A stretch of 19,500 nt of DNA, from positions 1 to 19,500 of the forward strand of contig JBFGZE010000067.1 in NCBI GenBank assembly GCA_041586955.1, written 5' to 3'. The notes beneath the pieces were generated by a model that worked only from the letters and a program-made list of their open reading frames with translations, had not been told where the DNA came from and searched no databases. Both the position numbers and the translations under genes were made by a program. The DNA comes from Bacteriovoracaceae bacterium. GTDB lineage: Bacteria > Bdellovibrionota > Bacteriovoracia > Bacteriovoracales > Bacteriovoracaceae. Of the stretch, positions 17,498-19,500 are shown in pieces. Numbering within the stretch: the first letter of the stretch is position 1; every line of letters starts with the position of its first letter.

Positions 17498-18778
17498 TCA
17501 ACGCTTCGCTTTCTGTGGAATTAACCCTAGAAGGCCTCCCGCAAAAAGGGCCATAATGGCCATCAAAGCGATCGGCCAAAAATAAGCGAGGAAGCGAAAT
17601 ATGGCGGCCAAAATAGAGCTCTGGTACACCAACATCGCTCGTTTCTCAGCAAAAGAATAATAGCCGCGAACAGCAAATTTCCCCCACCATACACGCATTA
17701 AAATATGGTCACGAAACCAGCGGTAACCATCAATCAAAAAATGCTCACCACCAAAACCAGCTGTCAGAAAAAAGCAAGATTGCTTCTCTAAAAGAGCTTC
17801 TATCTCCTCTGGTGTTTGTTGCTTACTGGTCTCGACTGCAGTTGAAATTTGATATTTATTCTCAAAAATAACGGCCACATCATAAGTCGTACCATTTTCT
17901 AAATTACGGATCGTTCCATAACCGCTTGAAGCGATTGTCTTCATATCGATCAATTCATCAAAGCCAGTGTCCTGGACTCCTTGATTTGAGGCCAATGAAA
18001 GATTACCTGAGACCGTATTTTTTGTGACCGCCAAAGTGCGATAATGATTATCGTAAGTTGTTCCAGTGTATACAGCAGTCAAGCGGCCATCACCTTTGCG
18101 TAATTCGCTAATCGCAACAGTTTGTGGTGCGGTGTGCTGGGCAAATAATTTGACTGTCAAAAAAACACCTCCAGTATTAGTGGATGAATCAACGGTTACA
18201 GCATTATTGACCGTATAAGTAGAGCTACTTGATAAAAAGAAATAAAGGAGAAAATCTTTTTGTGCGGTTCCAGATGAAAGAGTATCGAGTGCTGAGCAAC
18301 CATCCGCCCCTAAGCCGTTCACACAAATATCAGTAAAGTCGAGATCATGAGTAATCCCCGAAGTCGAAACACTGCCACCTAAATCATAATAACTGGAAAC
18401 AATTTTATATGAACTACCTGAGTCTTGAATCGCGGCATAGAGGTACTGACCGGCAGAGTCAGTATTATCAGCATCTAAATAGACACGTAATAGAGAGGAG
18501 CCCTCCCCCTTACTTGGAAGATTCGACGCACTATCAATGGTGACGAACTTTTGTGTGTCATCCCCCGCAACAGAATTGTTATAAGGGATATAAACAACAG
18601 CGGGATCTGAATCAGTCGTCCCTGCTCCGTCTGCAGGTTCGTCAGTAATCACAGTAAAAAGTGAAGATGTATTTTTCCCCGCCGACATTTGAATATCGCT
18701 CACTGAGTTAAATCTGACAGTAGCACCAGAAATCTGCGCACTTAGTATAAATGCAATTAAATAGGTCAAAAAATACAT
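17498..18778 (-). CDS. Exported protein with FN3-like region and C-terminal CFI-box-CTERM-type domain plus TM anchor
   Basis: Likely start MYFLTYLIAFILSAQISGA (signal peptide) at 18778 with RBS GAGGT. Ser/Thr/Asp-rich body, GDGRL...NLENGTTYDVAV, then SCFFLTAGFG...RWFRDHIL....GKFAVRGYY, a hydrophobic tail and KAKR. Confidence 0.8.
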   Translation of the reverse strand: MYFLTYLIAFILSAQISGATVRFNSVSDIQMSAGKNTSSLFTVITDEPADGAGTTDSDPAVVYIPYNNSVAGDDTQKFVTIDSASNLPSKGEGSSLLRVYLDADNTDSAGQYLYAAIQDSGSSYKIVSSYYDLGGSVSTSGITHDLDFTDICVNGLGADGCSALDTLSSGTAQKDFLLYFFLSSSSTYTVNNAVTVDSSTNTGGVFLTVKLFAQHTAPQTVAISELRKGDGRLTAVYTGTTYDNHYRTLAVTKNTVSGNLSLASNQGVQDTGFDELIDMKTIASSGYGTIRNLENGTTYDVAVIFENKYQISTAVETSKQQTPEEIEALLEKQSCFFLTAGFGGEHFLIDGYRWFRDHILMRVWWGKFAVRGYYSFAEKRAMLVYQSSILAAIFRFLAYFWPIALMAIMALFAGGLLGLIPQKAKR

Positions 18779-18794
18779 AATTACCTCAACTTCT

Positions 18795-18823
18795 ATTATC
18801 CTAAGGACCACAAACTTCGTCAA
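18795..18823 (-). promoter_or_regulatory. Sigma70-like promoter for the CFI-box-CTERM gene
   Basis: Minus strand TTGACG (18823-18818) - 17 bp - GATAAT (18800-18795). Confidence 0.5.
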
Positions 18824-18826
18824 TTT

Positions 18827-18855
18827 TTGCCAAAAACCAACGCTTTGGGCATAAT
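18827..18855 (+). promoter_or_regulatory. Sigma70-like promoter for the rhodanese-aminotransferase operon (probably leaderless)
   Basis: TTGCCA (18827-18832) - 17 bp - CATAAT (18850-18855) - 6 bp - ATG (18862), with no Shine-Dalgarno sequence. Confidence 0.55.
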
Positions 18856-18861
18856 GCCCGC

Positions 18862-19365
18862 ATGAAAACTGCCATATTTTTAGCAACCATTTTATTTAAC
18901 CTCTCTTCCTGCCTGGCCCCTAACGAAGCGACTAATAAAGCTGAGATTGTTCATGGCATGGCCAAGAGCATTCGCCTCCAATTCTCAGAAATTAAGCACA
19001 TTAGCATTGAAGACTATAATAAGGACAAGGATCAATACCAATTAGTAGACGTTCGCTCATCCCAAGAGCAAAATGTCTCCATGATTCCTGGTGCAATCAC
19101 CCAGGCCCAATACGAAAAAAATCCTAGCAATTTTAGTCAAAAAACGATTCTCGCCTATTGCACTATTGGCCAACGGAGCTCAGAATACGCCGTCAAATTA
19201 TCTCAAAAAGGTATTTCTGCCGCCAACTTACAAGAGAGTATTTTAGGATGGACCCACCGGCAATTGGAGTTGATTCATAACGGTGCTCCCAGTAAAAAGG
19301 TCCACGTCTGGAGTGAGGCCTGGAACTTTGTCGCCGATGGGTACGAGGGGATTTATGACAAATAA
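18862..19365 (+). CDS. Rhodanese-like domain lipoprotein
   Basis: Lipobox LSS-C, LVDVRSSQE..VSMIPGA, active-site loop YCTIGQRS, and NLQESILGW. Confidence 0.88.
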   Translation: MKTAIFLATILFNLSSCLAPNEATNKAEIVHGMAKSIRLQFSEIKHISIEDYNKDKDQYQLVDVRSSQEQNVSMIPGAITQAQYEKNPSNFSQKTILAYCTIGQRSSEYAVKLSQKGISAANLQESILGWTHRQLELIHNGAPSKKVHVWSEAWNFVADGYEGIYDK

Positions 19366-19500
19366 ATCCCTGGCGTCAATCAATGGTCAAATTGTTTCCG
19401 AGGCCGACGCCAAAATCTCTGTTTTTGACCGCGGCTTTCTTTTTGGCGACTCTGTCTACGAAGTGACTTATACCGAAAATAAAGTGCCACTTTTTCTCAC
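19355..19500 (+). CDS. PLP-dependent aminotransferase class IV (D-amino-acid/branched-chain type), 5' partial
   Basis: Translated by hand from ATG 19355: MTNKSLASINGQIVSEADAKISVFDRGFLFGDSVYEVTYTENKVPLFL..., containing the class IV motif DRGFLFGD.VYE. RBS GAGGGG. It overlaps the rhodanese gene by 11 nt. Confidence 0.92.
   Translation, partial: MTNKSLASINGQIVSEADAKISVFDRGFLFGDSVYEVTYTENKVPLFL

Noticed and set aside
18779..18886. Longer upstream starts in the ORF track (18886, and likewise 9883 and 17433)
   Set aside because: Downstream ATGs have proper RBSs and family-typical N-termini. The 18886 and 9883 extensions also overlap divergent genes and promoters.

Overview
Bacterial chromosomal window that is mostly housekeeping and AT-leaning. 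The gene content suggests a Bacteriovorax/Halobacteriovorax-like member of Bdellovibrionota (inference, not verified). From left to right it contains: the 5' part of a minus-strand lipoprotein gene with internal tandem repeats (absent from the ORF track); a complete Na+-translocating NADH:quinone oxidoreductase operon nqrABCDEF with a terminator; a minus-strand run of SirB2-like membrane protein, MATE transporter, class I methyltransferase and YchJ/SEC-C protein; a divergent hypothetical gene; an exonuclease-fused DinG-family helicase divergent from a DUF420-like/BolA/monothiol glutaredoxin operon; an orphan cytoplasmic histidine kinase; yebC; an exported CFI-box-CTERM protein; a rhodanese lipoprotein; and the start of a class IV aminotransferase (also absent from the track). 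I found no RNA genes, CRISPR array or mobile element, and no unambiguous new multi-gene system. The best leads are the repeat lipoprotein, the Fe-S-type exo-DinG placed opposite BolA/Grx4, the kinase's unassigned sensor domain, the CFI-box-CTERM protein, a candidate leaderless promoter and a possible PAS-like gene relic.
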